From Lingula anatina (lineage: Eukaryota; Animalia; Brachiopoda): a DNA stretch of 64,000 bases. Positions 13,113 to 27,277 of this stretch are shown here, piece by piece (position 1 is the first letter of the stretch; every line of letters begins with the position of its first letter). Location: positions 13,020,001 through 13,084,000 of the forward strand of contig CM120649.1 in assembly GCA_051362555.1 (NCBI GenBank), written 5' to 3'. The notes below the pieces were generated by a model, which was not told where the DNA came from, searched no databases, and was given only the letters and a program-made list of their open reading frames with translations. A program made the translations under genes and the position numbers.

Positions 13113-15928
13113 TTATTTTTTCTTGGCCCCCTTCGGTTTAACATTAGCGGCACCCGGAGTGATCGTACGCGCCTTCTTTCCGCTCTTCTTCCCCTTCTTT
13201 GGTTTGGCCGATTTAGCCTCCTCCTCTTTTTCCGAGCCTGGTAGCTTCGGGCGCGGCGGCTTCTCTTTGCCTGTGAACTGGTTCTCGACCTTCACCTCGC
13301 ATTGCTGTTTGTTCCGTAAATTGTCCAGACCGCGCGGAAACGTGACGATGCGATTGTCGGAAATGTCTAGATTTTTCAGACACGAGCACTTGCACAAAGA
13401 GTCTGGGATGACGGCGATGAGGTTGTCAGAGAGATCCAGCTTCTGCAGCATCGCCATCTTGCCCATGTCTTTGGGAAGTTCCCGGATGTCGTTTCCAGCC
13501 AAGAGAAGCACGTGAATGCGGTACAGGTATGGCATGTCGCTTGGAATGCACTGTATCCAGTTTTCGGAGACATCCAGGTGGGTTAGAGACGCCATCACGT
13601 CGATACGATCATTGGGAAGATACTGCAGTCGGTTGTCGGCCAAGTTCAAGGTCACCATCTGACCCATTTCTCCGAAGTGTTCGGGCAACATGATCATCTT
13701 GTTGTGCGCCATGTTCAGGTGCTGCATGTACCGTAACTTGGTGAGCTCGGGGTTGAAAGTCTCGAGGCGGTTTTCTGAGACATCAAGACGCGTCAGCCAG
13801 GCCAGGATTCCGATCTGGTCCGGCAGAGCGGTCAGCTGGTTCTTGGACACGTCCAGCTCGCGCAAAGCCTTCAGCTTGGCAATCTCTTCCGGGAGGGAGG
13901 TAAGGTGGTTATTGGCTAAGTTCAGTTTGGTCAGGGAGCGAAGTCTCCACACTGGGCCTGGAACTTCTTCCATCTGAGTACTGGAGATGTCCAGCTCTGA
14001 CAAGTAGGCCAAGTCGGCGAACGTCTTCTCGGGTCGGTTGAGAAGAATCTCGGACAGGCCGAGAGAAAGCAGAGATTTGGGCGTGATAACTTCGTTTATT
14101 TTCGTGTTTGCCGACAGGTCCAGGTGAAGTAACATTTCAAAATTTTTGGCAAACTCTTTAAGCGGTATGTGGGTCATCTTGTTATGGGCCAGGTTCAGGG
14201 TCTCGAGGGTTCGAAGGCGGCGTAGATCTTGCGGCAGTTCTGAAATCTTATTATGTGCAGCGTTGATCGTGACTAGAAGTTGCCTCTCGCCTAATTGCTC
14301 GGGTATCACTTCTACCTCATTGTGTGAAATGTCAATTGTCTTAAGGCACGTGGCTTTACCCAGTGCCTCTGGCAGTGCCTTCAACCCGTTATGCTGGAGC
14401 TCGAGCGTGGTTAGTGCCGAGCATTGATCTATGTTATCTGGTAGTGACGTCACCTGGTTGTGTGCAAACAACATAGTGTGGCAGGATCGTAGCCCGCTGA
14501 TTTGATCAATGCTCTGCAAACGGTTCTTCTCGAGGTCTAATTTCTTCAGGGCCTTTAGGTCAGAAAAGCTAGCAGGTAGACCCTTGAGACGGTTATGGGC
14601 ACATGTGAAGATTTGGAGCTCCCGTAGCTTCCCGAAATCGCCCGGCAGACGGTCGAGCTGGTTGTGAGAGAGATGCAACTCTCGTAGAGCGTACTCAAGA
14701 TTGCAGAGTTCGTCAGGTAGGTCTAGGATCTGATTGTGAGACGCGTCCAGGTACTTTAAGAACCGTAGCTGCCCGATTGCCGCCGGTAGCTCCTGGAATG
14801 AATTGTGGGATATGTTCATCCAGCATAGACATTTCAGCATTTCCAAACTTTCGGGGAGCATTATCAACCTATTTCGGGATACGTCAATCTCATTCAAATG
14901 TGCCGCTTTTAAGCTCACGTCGGGCAATTTTTCTAGCATATTCCCCGATATATTCAACCTGATCGGATTCTTATATACAGTCTTGGGTACTGTCTTAAGG
15001 GAATTGTTGGAAACGTCTAGCTCCTTAAGCGCCGGCATGTCGCCAATCTTTTTGGGCAGTTTCTTAATTTTATTGTTGGACGCCACGACTTTGGTTAGTG
15101 AAGATGCTTTGTGGATTGTCTTTGGGAGAGCTTTGATAGTATTTTCCGAAACGTCCAGCCACTGTAAGGCTTTTAGCTTGACGACTGCCCCGGGAAGCTT
15201 GCTGATGGTGTTGTGCTTGAAGTCGATCTCTTCGATAGACTGCAGGACGGAAATTCCGCCAGGGACTTTCTTCATCCTGTTGTTCGGCGCAGAGATGGCG
15301 CGTAGTCGGTCTGATAGCTCTTCGTTTTTGTAAATGTGCTCTGGCAAAGCCTGGAATATGTAAGAATATAATTTAAGTAAAGCCAGGAAGATTGTACGTA
15401 AAATGGCTGATACAATACTGTATTATAGAAACTTATTGAAATTTTAGATTTACTAGTATTAAAGGGAACGTGAAGAAACACAGAATGAAAATAAACAATT
15501 ACAAATAAATGTAGTTTGATAGGTTTTAAAGTAATAACACGGGTTGTGAAACAGGACTTTCATTGCTTATTCTAGAGTCATAAATTTGTCATTTTCATTT
15601 TCGTATCATAAAAGATTCTCGGCCATATCACTTTTTAAGGACATACGTCACAAGGTACATTTATAAATCAAAGTTACGGGTAACTCGAACACTCAATATG
15701 CTTTTTGTCGAATAAAGTCTCACGTGCTGACACACATAAACATAAATAATATGATTATTCACTGACCTTCATATTAGACGTTGAGAAATTCGCGTCCACT
15801 TTCCAGCCCCGCGTCTGGTCCACGTGACGTAAGACGACCTTGGGCAAGGCCGAAATCTTACTGCCCGGCCCGATCGGGGGCGGCGGCTCGTCCTTTTTCT
15901 TCTTCCCACCTGCTGATTTCTTCGACAT
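13113..15928 (-). CDS. Leucine-rich repeat protein (LRR-only, SHOC2/LRRC40/LRRD1-type 23-aa repeats), 2 coding exons, ~799 aa
   Basis: Exon 15928-15767 (MSKKSAGGKKKKDEPPPP...SNMK, donor GTCAGT, phase 0) joins exon 15350-13113 (acceptor ttccAG|GCT). Roughly 28 LxxLxLxxNxLxxLP repeats; Lys-rich N- and C-termini. A further acceptor at ~15988 implies an upstream 5'UTR exon. Confidence 0.88.
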
Positions 15929-16929
15929 TTTGGTGGCGGTTATGATACGGTGACTTCTTTTAGGGACTCACAGGCATGCAGGCATACTGGAAATAAAAAG
16001 ATAAGAAAATTGATTACTCAATCTCAGCTTATATGATTAAATTAGTTAAAAAGATGGAGATGGTGGTCTTATAAAAATAAGTTTGTAGATTGCCTCTTGT
16101 GTTTCTGTTAATGTTACTTAAATATTTGTGAATAACCTTATTTTTTTAAATAATAACATTTGTATGGCACATACAGTGATTACCGTTTCGTGTTGCATTG
16201 AATCTAAAGAAGAGTTCAACTTAAACGAATTGCATACATTCAATTTTTTTAATTTTTCTGCAGTTAGTGACTGGCGAGTTGTATCTTGAGTTGTATCTTA
16301 CATTATTTAGGTACGATTCTGACGTTTTGAAAATGAATAGGACGTGAACTATTGTAGAATAAAAAACGATTTTTATGAATATGGAGTGAAAGGGAATTTT
16401 GAGAAAATGAGTTTATCCCGTCGGACAATTAATGTATTTTTTGTGCTACATGAAGCACGCCTTTTAAAAATGTTTAAAGGAGGGGAGGTAAAATAAACAA
16501 AAAGAAAGCGTATCTCGTGACTCATATATTTTTTTCATCCTACTAGTAGGTCGCTTTTGATAATACCTGTGTGGTCGTGTTTGTGTATTTCGAATGGACA
16601 AACTACAATCCTCATCTTTAATTACAGGATGGTCTCTTATGAACAATTTCAACGTTGTAAATCAACTACGTACAAAGTTACTACTCGATCCCTTATTTGT
16701 GACGCACGTAGCCTACCTGCAGGTTAAAAAGTATAGTTTTCAATATTCTGTTCTTTCTTTGGACAATGTTAATGTAAAAAAGAATGGAAAAAAACTTTAT
16801 CAAAGCTCCATCGGAATGACAATGAGAACAGAGGTAATTTGAATTATTCAAACCAGGATGGTAGTCAATTATCTTAAATTATCGGTTGACCTTTCATCCA
16901 CTTGCATATCCAAGTCTGCCGTTTACTTA

Positions 16930-17155
16930 CACCCCATTTCCATAGATTTTTAGATCGATCTATCCCTGTGGGGAGTCTCACTAGATTACTGTCAGCTTGG
17001 CCGGCTTAAGCGTCTGTCCCGCCTACTAAAAGCTGTAAGGGGGTAATTAACTATGGTGCCCACTCGGCTGACTGCAATTTAGCGTGAACCCCCAGGGAGT
17101 TAGGTCGATCTAAATCTTAATCTTTAGATCGATCTAAATCTCTGGGAAAGCACCC
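16930..17155 (-). mobile_element. MITE, PIF/Harbinger (Tourist-like), copy 1
   Basis: 226 bp with imperfect TIRs (CACCCCATTTCCATAGATTTTTAGATCGATCTA ... TAGATCGATCTAAATCTCTGGGAAAGCACCC), flanked by TTA on both sides; a near-identical inverted copy lies at 28237-28461. Confidence 0.85.
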
Positions 17156-17525
17156 TTATATTCAGTTTAGAATAGTATCCAATAGATTTAAAAAGTGATG
17201 AAAGAGTTCATAATATTATTATTATTATTAATATTATTATAAATCTAACTTCAGAAGCTGACCAAAAACAATAAAGAGACATGGGTCGTTACTGGGCAGA
17301 AATGAACGGTGTTTTTGTTTTTTATCGTCACACACTTCACAGAAAGATACGTCTCAGCTGACGATCGAGACATGTAGTAGGCCTACATGTGCAGGTAAAA
17401 GTTCTCACAGTGTATACTTACATTGCATGATAAGGCACGTTTAAACAAATCATGGGCCGATTGCTCAATAAAAACGATACGCAAATAAATAAAATGGCTT
17501 CATAGCTGCACCCTGGCCAACTTCT

Positions 17526-17720
17526 GGCCCCCGTTTCACAAAGAATCTTAAATCCGTACTTGACTAGCTCGAGTTGAGTGACCTAGCTAGGTCGATTAGG
17601 AGTGTTTCACAAAGAATCTAAAGTCCTAGCTCGATGTGCTTACCGTAGTCGACGCGCATGAGAAACTCTTCAAGAAAAGGAGGTGTAAAAATTCTTAGTT
17701 TCACAAGACATGACGTTTCA
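17526..17720 (+). mobile_element. Possible Harbinger-like transposon end (relic)
   Basis: Starts GGCCCCCGTTTCACAAAG, resembling Harbinger termini; GTTTCACAAAGAATCT is repeated ~70 bp later. No partner TIR found and the extent is uncertain. Confidence 0.3.
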
Positions 17721-18800
17721 TCTCTTTTGACCGAGAACGACCGTTTATCAACAATAAAAATCTGTCAAAACATAAATAAAGTTTGTTTTTGAACTTTATT
17801 GTTCAGTTTAACTTTAATACAACTTCAAAGGAACAGTAAAACATTAGCTTGTCTTGGAACGCTGCTGCCGGACGTCTAGCGGTCTAAAACAAACCTGCGA
17901 TCGGCTGGGTGAAGTTGCATTTTATTTTTTTTTTATTTAAATATTCAATAAATGTCAGTGCTATTCAAGGATATTATAACACAATATATTGAAGGAGGTA
18001 TGTTCTTTACAATTTTTGTTGTTTATGCTCTCATTTACAGAGTTTTAGTTGAGCTTGTTGACTTAAGTTTCCTCCCGAGGAGGCTAGACGTCACGGAAGA
18101 CGACTGGTGTCATGTTAAAAAAAATATATTATCTCGAAATTTCAAGGTAGCTAGATATTAGTTTTGTCTGTTCTGAATGGTGAGGAGGATTACATTCACT
18201 TTAAAAGTTAAAATTAGCAAAAGAAAAAAAAAAACAGAATTTAAAATGTAGGCTTAGGCCTATGCATAAAATATTTTTTGAAAAAAAAAAAAAAAAATAG
18301 GCTAGGCCTATTGAAATTAGATTAGGACTAAATTTCATATGAACATTTCATATATCCTCGCTGTTAAATGTATCTTAAAAAGGTACATTAGCACTTTCTC
18401 ATACTGTTCGATAATTGTAATCAAGCGTAGCATGAACGCGCGTCTGGCCGAGATCAGAGGAAACTTCTCTGCCGGAGTTAATAATGTGTGAAGACTTTGG
18501 TTACAGTTTAGTCAGCCAGTGCCACTCAATAAATCACACCGCGCTGTCAACCGAATAACAAAAACAGCAATCGCCACGTATACAAAATCGATTAACTCTC
18601 CACCACAAACTCGCGGATCACTGACCTCTCGTTTTATTCAGTTCGGTTATCAATCAATTTCCTTAAAAGAAGGGGTTGGCTCTCTGAATTCTGATAACAT
18701 CGCGGATCAACTTTCTATCTGTAGATATGTGATTGATTACAGAAAGTGTCAGCCTTGACGGTACAATAAAAGCTTTTGAAATGTCAAATAAACAAAAAAA

Positions 18801-18853
<53 letters not shown>
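18801..18853. repeat. (ATT)n microsatellite
   Basis: Direct observation; source of a poly-Ile ORF. Confidence 0.95.
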
Positions 18854-18854
<1 letters not shown>

Positions 18855-19533
18855 CACAGCCTGAACGCTTTCTCAAGTAACCTTTCTAAGTAAAAATGCA
18901 GGGGAAAAAGTTGGCAATAGTAGTTTTAAATGCTCAGTAATAGTTTTTACTATCATAAACATTAAATTCTTACTGGACGTGCAATAGTCTGGAATGATAT
19001 TATTATAAATGCACCACAGGTAGAATGGTATGAAAGCAATTGAGAAGGAGTTCGGATATGGACTAGACTGTTGTGACAAGATACGCTGATCATATGCACC
19101 TGCATTAGGTACATTATTTTATACGCACATGGCTCATATCAATATAGGAAATGACATGATGATATATGTGAGATAACTTTCGTCACCTGACTGATATGGG
19201 AAAGACCACCTCGAACTTTTATATCAGGTGTTCAAGGTATTTGTCTCGAGAGGCTGGCAGTGCTTTATTTGACATACAAATACATAGCGAGGGAAAATAA
19301 TCGCATTTCCCCGAAAAAAAAATACCTTAAACCGATTCAAACGTATATCACAGCCCTGTACTAGTTTTTATTACGTGCACTTTTCTCTGGCGCGACATAG
19401 TGCAGCAACATCCCATCATTTAACTAGAGACATAGCTGTGAATATCTAGTGAAAATTTTGTGAATTTATGTATTTCTCTCGTATGAATTTAGAGACCTCG
19501 AATGGTAGGATACAATGTAGAAGCAACAGAGGA

Positions 19534-19535
<2 letters not shown>

Positions 19536-19590
<55 letters not shown>

Positions 19591-19592
19591 CG
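19536..19592. repeat. (GT)n(GC)n microsatellite
   Basis: Direct observation. Confidence 0.9.
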
Positions 19593-20313
19593 TGCTTGAG
19601 TAAGTAAGTATCTTAAATCGTTAAAATATTGTTTAATTATATTGCATTCTCTCTAGGGTACATTTAATAAGTTTTGGCGGTTATTCGATTCTATTAAATA
19701 ACATCTCTTAATTCTGGAACAATGAAAAGAGAGGCGCCCCTAATAAAGGTTAGTAATCCCCCCCCCCCAAACCCCGTACAAAATTCGGCGAACTCCATTA
19801 TTTACACGTGGTTTATGTTCCTCAATTATTACTTATCGATTTAATTCAATGCCAATTAATGTGATCAGTTCACCATGCGACCGTGTCTGAATATTTATGG
19901 AGTAAATATTGGAGTCGGGGGTCAAATTTTCAACACTTCACTGGTTAAAAGTTCATGTTTGTTTTTACTCCGAGGACACATCGACAATACAATGTACATG
20001 TGGTCTGTGTCGAAAAAAAATCGAAATCTGAGCGCTTCCTATTACCACAGTTAAAAGCATATGATTTTAAGTACTACTTAAATATAATAATAGAAGCTAT
20101 ACTGGTAAATACTCTTTTCAAGCTAAGCTGGATAAAGAAATGCCTGAGGACGAAGGAGTGTTTCTTATATAGCGGATTCTTAATTAATAGTATCGGCTGT
20201 ATTATGTTTCATCATTATATTTCTAACGACATGGAGTTGGTTTCTGAAGCAAAATATTGGAGTACCGAGTATATTATCAGTTGAGAAAGACGTGGCGGTA
20301 TGCATGGGTCCAA

Positions 20314-20319
<6 letters not shown>

Positions 20320-20396
<77 letters not shown>
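20320..20396. repeat. (CT)n(CA)n compound microsatellite
   Basis: Direct observation. Confidence 0.9.
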
Positions 20397-20398
<2 letters not shown>

Positions 20399-20767
20399 TT
20401 TTGGACTGTGCGTTTCAAACGCCACCAATAAATATGTTAACTATAAAATACTGCCTTAGCGTCTGGACTAAAATAAATTATACTGAATGGCATGTGTTTT
20501 TAATTTAACACCGTGCTGTTCATTACGATATTCCGGTTACTTTTAATGTTCTTAGTTTTCTCGCGTATGGGAGTGGTGGAAAGAGGTAATGGTGTTCAAC
20601 CAGGATCTTTTATTGCACCCGGAAAAGATGCTGTATTCGTCTAAAGCCATCTTCTTCCTCGCACAGGACTTGTGTGGTGCGGGAATCTTCGCTGCCGGTA
20701 GAACACATAAGGTGAACTTTTCATCAGCTGATCGACCCAAGGCGACATAACTTACCCTCACAATTCC

Positions 20768-20805
<38 letters not shown>

Positions 20806-21809
20806 GTGAATCAAACTAAAGTAAGCACATACAGTATAATTAATTAATGACTCTGCCAATCTCGTCGTTGGGGCAAATCACTTAATTAACACCTACCTAC
20901 CTCGACGCGCCGAAATCACAGCGTTGTATGTAGCTTGAGGACAGCGTTCAGACACACAACCTCCTCTCAGCCCGTCAAACTGGAATGAAACGGGGCAGGG
21001 GATATGTGGAACCCGCCTCCAGTCGTCCACAACAGAAAGAGGGACTTCGACTTTGAAATAAGGAAATCTTCAGTTGCCTTATGCCCACGATAATGGCCAC
21101 ACTTACTTAACGACGGGCCTCGGTGTCGATCGAACATGGAGGCCCGGGACGTTTATTGTCGCCGTTGCCAGGTGCTTGAGTAATCGATATGGGTTTCTAG
21201 TCACGTGACTTAATCTGTGTTAGCGTAAACACTTAACTATTGACGCGCTCGCGTGGCCTTTGATCGAATTAATAAACAGCACCGCTTAGGCTTTTATATG
21301 CTCACTTTGGGTGTTAAATCGAGTGTCAATAATGAAAACAGTAGGTTGAAAGCATCGAATAGAGAAGCGATTAACACCAAGAACACGAAAAGGTTATGTT
21401 TTTCAAGTGCTCTTACACATGTATGTAGATCCTCGAGAAATGTTGCAGTGTGGAAAAGATTACATATCTTATACCCCAAACACTAACAGTTTCTGGAGGA
21501 TTTTGGAGGACTTGAAAAATACAACAGCGGCATGCTAACCGCTTCTCTTTTCAATTCTTTCACACACACGGCCAGCATTGCTATACTGCAGGGGTTAAAA
21601 CGAGAGAGTCTCGACGAAAAAAAATTCTTCTTCCTGTAACTGGGTTTAAATGTCGGTCATTTACACGTTTTAAGAGTGAAATGTAAATAAATAAACGTTA
21701 ACGTGAACGCCAGCCTTGGTTCTCCGAAATAATTATCACTAGGAGATTTCATAAAGCAAAAAAGCATCTTTATGTATGAAACAGCTACGTGTTTGTGCTT
21801 TATTTGATC

Positions 21810-21855
<46 letters not shown>
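21810..21855. repeat. (AAT)n microsatellite
   Basis: Direct observation. Confidence 0.9.
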
Positions 21856-21977
21856 TGCACATTACGAAAAATGCAACCTTTTAACTTCTCCGACTTTTAT
21901 AAACAATCCCTTCGTTTTCCACTGGATATAACAAACTTTTACACGGAGTATTATATTTTCCAATCCTCTATATGTTG

Positions 21978-23982
21978 TTACTGTCTATCAGTAAATTTGA
22001 TCCTGGCCGTTCTGTCCGGCACCATCACTGACCGGTATAACTGACCCATGTCCACGCTGTCCAGCCACTCCAGGCGGAAGTTTTGGACAATTTTGGCGAT
22101 CGTGACGTACAGTTCTTGTTCTGCGAAACGTCGACCTTGAAGATAAAAAACATGTTTTATTTATTTTATGTAGGCCCTATAATGATACTTTGACAACTCT
22201 TTAAGATTATTGACTCTATTCAGACCTGTATCCAGCAATTTCAAAGTTGGTGGGTCTCTTTCTTTTAAAAATTTGGGGATTTTTTTTTTCATAATGGTGA
22301 GGCCTTATGGTACTAAAATTTGTACTAGGCAAAATTATGACACCTTTTGTGTGAGTAGCGTAAATATTAATACATGCGTGTTCTCTTATATCCTATCCAA
22401 CACAACAACAACAACAACAACAATAATAATAATAGTAATAAATGGAATTTAAAAAATTTAGATTTTTCCCCAACCTAAGCACATCCTGGGGCCATTGCCA
22501 AAGGGAAGTAACACGTAAGGGTTGCCAACTTCTCCATCGACAGCGGGGCTTTTCCTCAGCCAGCGCTCCGGTAGAAACTTTTCAGGGGAGACGAAATATT
22601 TTGGGTCGTCCAAAAGTACTATGTTATTCAGTGAAAGCACGGTCTGCAACAAAGGAGTTACGTCACAGAAACTCATAAATCGACAAACCTGTCCACTATT
22701 ATTTAAAATCGGCGGTCAGATTACTTGTTGCATGGTTATTGCACCTACATCAAACTCAGAATTATCTACTGCGTGTTTCATTTCTTCCATTCAATCCTTT
22801 ATTCTGTATGAGCTGGATAATTCCATATAAGCTTAATAATAATAATAATAATAATAATGTTAAGTATCTGACTACTCGCTGATTGTCATTAGTTTTATTG
22901 TGCTGAGTCCAAAGAGGTCAAATTATTAATAAACATATGCGGTTGTGATATGTTTCAATTTATATCCAAAATACTGACCCCCTTCGGTATCTGGAAACCG
23001 CCGAGCACCATATTTTCTCTTGGAATTCTTGAAAGTTCAACGGACAATGGGAAGAACCTGAACGAATCAAGAAAGCGAGACTGAACTTTTTTGGCAATTA
23101 CAAGAATCTTAGCCTAGATGTCTCTTAGAGAGCTGTATCTAAATAGAGATGCAATTCCTGAAAGGATTACTTAAAAAAATCTTTGTAGATCTATGGGGCC
23201 TAATATATTATTTCCTGGGCGTTGTTTACATTTCGAATATCAGATACATCGTTGGAATATAAAAAGGAGAGTAAAGTATTTCATTTTAAATGCGTTTAAG
23301 AGATACCTTGAGGTTTCTTTCACAATAGCTTTCAAATACTTCATCTTCTTGATGTGGTCATTTGTCACGTGGTCTCCTCGAGGCAAGATATTCACGACCT
23401 CTTCGTATAGCTTGTCCTGCACGTGACCGTGCTTGGCCAGGTGGAACAGGTTCCAAATAAGTATGGACGGTGTCTAGTTATGTGTGAGTGTGAAAGAAAA
23501 ACATACGATTCATCAAATTGCCAGGGAAATCATTGATAACTGGAAATATTTTGTTAGCGAAACCGAAGGCTCAAATGATGAACAAGCGTTTCATAAAAAT
23601 ACCCACTGGCGTCACTACGATATTATAGCCAATAATATCTAAATAATATTCGTGGTGAAAAATATGTTGATTCTGGTGAAATTTAAAAAACAGTAAAAAC
23701 GTGATTTAGATAGGATATTTAGCCCCTACAGACATAGCATTATTTTCATTCTGATTATTAATTCTAATTGAAATCCCCCACCGCGTTGATTCCATCGAAA
23801 ACCACGTCCATAGCGAGCATTCCCCACACTCTGTACGGTAAACCAGAGGACCGCGCCAACAGATGGCGTAGGAAACAGTACTCGTCATCTGGAAGCTGAT
23901 TTGTAACAGAGAGGGCCTGGATTTCATCGATTGTCTTGTCCAGAAGTTTCTGCAAAGTCCTGAAGGAAATGATGTTATTAGG

Positions 23983-24023
<41 letters not shown>

Positions 24024-26847
24024 TGAAAAGGGTAAATCCACATATTAATTTAATTCTCTTTTGTTTATCTGTGTTTATCAATCTTACTGTCTACCTGTTT
24101 GTCTGTCTGTTAATCCAAGCGCCCCAGTTTATATATTCTGTTATCCTTTGAGACAATCCTTTATTAGTTAAAGATAAGAAACTTTATTTTATACAAACAT
24201 TTATAAATGAAACTAATGAAATAAAATATATGGCAAATTCTTACCCAAACAAATAATCTGCGCCTTGAACCATAGCATTCCACTCTGGAGTCCTGACATA
24301 TTTATACAGAGGAAAGGTGTAATATAGGCGAGTTGCGTTGTGTAAGATGGCATCATTGGCCTCGATCAGCTGTCGGACGTCAAAGAAGCCATTGGTCTCA
24401 TTCTCAAATAATCCCATCCGCCTTTCAAAAAAGTTCCTAAGGGTGGCTGAAAGAATGTCATTTATCTCCAAGATATAAAATGTACGCTCTTTAAATGCAT
24501 ACAAAAAGCGATAGTCTTGTATATTGTAAACTAATTAATTTGCCAGGATGTTTCAACTTTTCCCCCTTCAACAGTAATGCATGTCCTGTCAAAAACTGTT
24601 GAAAATATTTTTTTCAGTATTTACTGTCTACTGTTTATGTCGCTATTACGAAAACGGTTCCATTGGCTGTTGACGTTGCCAGGGCTTTGTATACCATTTA
24701 CCTTAGTGACTGTGGGAAGAGAGTTTAAATTTCCAAGAATGTTTAGCTATTACATGAAATTCTAACGTTCATTGTCTGACTTAAAAAATTAAACAAACCA
24801 TCTTTTTAGGAACACCATATCGAAACAAATGCGATTTTTATTTTTGAGTTTGACTGTATACCTAAAAGAAGGACGTCATCGTTTTACTCACTTTCGAGAT
24901 TCCATTTTGCGGCTTCGGTGTTCAGGTCCAGCACCTCTCCGTTTTGCGATCGGATTTTTTTCAGTCTTTTCAAGAATTCGTCAGCAACTTCATTTGTCTG
25001 CGGTAAGTATTCTGCCACGATCTTCGGACGCATCATTTGATTTTGTACTAGGCTGCGCAGGGTGGACCATTCTTCGCCATTGCTATAACGAGACTGACGT
25101 TCGTATTTGGGATTCACGGCGTCACGCTTCACTCTACTAGTGCCGCAGACCTAATTTTGTCTCCAGATATTTATAGATATTCTTCTAGTCATTCACAAAC
25201 TTTGCCAATAATTGTATTGCGAAAATTTTTGTTTTCTAGGTAGGCCTTTGGTAGAGACCAGTACTACCCTTGCTTTCCAACCGACCCCGTTAACTGTTCT
25301 CCAACATCCAAATGCATGATTTTTATTCATATATTTTTTCCATTATAATTCTGCTTCTTATGACTTCCGTAGCTAATTATCTCCCTCTCACCACACACTC
25401 ACTAAAACATACCTTCCTACGCGCCTGTAATACTTAACGAACTTTCCTATCGTCATCAAGACTGAATTATGAGCTCACTAGCTTAACAAGGAAGATAAAT
25501 GAGAAGAATTGTACTATGAATGTTATTCTATCATATATGTATATAAGATATAGTACCTTATCCTTTTGAACTTAGGTTTGGATATTCAATTACGACTACT
25601 TGTAGCAAGGTACCGGTACTATATATCCCAACCGCGTTTCTTTTTAGAGCGTGGCGGTTAATTGTGTATTAAACAGACATTTAAATAGTAATTCGTGAAT
25701 AGTTCAAAGGTTAGTTTATTCAAGACCAGCATACCCCTTGCTTCAAGAAACCAAAAATGAGACTTCAAGTAAATGTACATGTACTATTAACATAACGAGT
25801 TAGGTATACAGCTTTCTATAGGGCAGATTTGAGTATCTCTTACAGTGAAAGTCAATGATGATACCGATGTTTACATTTGCACAGTGTAGGTTTAAAAAAT
25901 TAGGTACAGTTCATATGTATTATTATTTAGAGAAAAACAACAGAACATGATGTTGTTCATCATCATCATCGTCATCACCATGATTACCATCAATCATAAT
26001 TATTATTATTGTTATGATTATGTATAAAGATAATGAAAATAAAAATAATACGAATAAGGGGAATGGCTATGTGGCAGATATTACCGTGAAACGTTCTGTG
26101 GATTCTTGAAAAAAAAAATATATATATATGGGAAGGTAAAATAAAACGTATCTTACACGTTTCCAAGACCAGCGCCTATTCCTCTCCACTTCCGGTAAAA
26201 CTTCAATGGCGGAAATAAAGGGAAAACATCCGTCTGGGCCTGCACGTGGCGTAGAACTTTGCCGATGTCGTCTGGGTCAAAAAGATGGACGTATGTGTCG
26301 CCTGCGATAGTTTCTTTGACGACAGAGCCGTAATCCGCGCGGAAACACTTCAACACTTCTCGCATTTTGAAGTATTCATAATTTCCTTTAATTAGAGAAT
26401 ATTTTGTTATACATACACCAAATTAATACGACATATAATATTATTCGGGGGAGGGGGGGTCATTAATTCTTATGTCTTAGGTGGGAGTATAGTTTTCAGT
26501 ACAAAAGCTCCATAATTAGAGTTCTTTTTCGGCTCCTGTTAGAAAATGTATACCAGTTTTATACATTTAGTACTTAGAATAACGATTGGCGGAATAAATT
26601 TTAGTTATGCTTTCAAAATCGCCAAACCTCTGATATAATCCAGCGTTACCCCGAGCAGTTGGAGCCCTTTGGGTCCCGGTATGTCCTCAAACGGCGCTGC
26701 TTTACTATATTCCTCACTTGCTTTACAGTTGCCATTTTCATCCAACTTCGGTTGAGGGTATCCAGCTTGTGTCCTCAGCGTCCGGAGAACTGTTTTGGTT
26801 TTAGCGCTGATGAGACGAGTTGTACTTTGTGTCCCTTGTGCTATCAT
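21978..26847 (-). CDS. Cytochrome P450, mitochondrial clan (CYP27/24/44/12-like), 9 exons, ~530 aa
   Basis: Exons 26847-26628, 26385-26157, 25082-24892, 24446-24245, 23959-23782, 23473-23307, 23057-22979, 22643-22475 and 22135-21978; all GT-AG and phase-consistent (1593 nt). Basic N-terminal transit-like peptide, [19 protein letters not shown] (ExxR), PERW, and heme motif [15 protein letters not shown]. Confidence 0.93.
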
Positions 26848-27277
26848 GGCACAAAATGAGCAAATAAAATTCTTGGAACAGATAAAAGATGACCAGAAAT
26901 GGTTCTTGATATGCTCATAGGCTCATCGTGTTACTCAACTCACTTATGCTTGTCAAGTGCAGGGATGATACGGTAGATGGACCGCTGTAATGGCCTGCAT
27001 GCCACGATGAACAGAACATTACAAGGTCAACCATACATTTTATTAAGAGGCTAAGTAAACGTTAATGTTATTAAGAGAGGAGTTTTTTTGTGTGCAATAT
27101 ACTATTTTATAATAGTGATTGATATAGCATAGATCAATCTTGTCATTTATTAATTGATTCGCAGATTCATTCATTATGAAGTACTAATAAATTGTAGTAG
27201 ATATATTTGGAGGAGTCGCTGACTCCCTATGTATCTAATACAATGTATACAGCCCTATTAAACAGAAAAACCCTGTA

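Noticed and set aside
13123-15333. Plus-strand ORFs antisense to the LRR gene (and minus-strand ORFs within the Roco gene)
   Set aside because: Shadow ORFs of real coding sequence with no independent motifs.
20552-21200. GC-richer segment with a minus-strand GTAAGT donor at ~20750-20755
   Set aside because: May be a promoter or 5'UTR exon of the LRR gene, but there is no convincing ORF or linkage evidence.
18663-21860. Poly-Ile and CVCV/ERER ORFs
   Set aside because: Translations of microsatellites.
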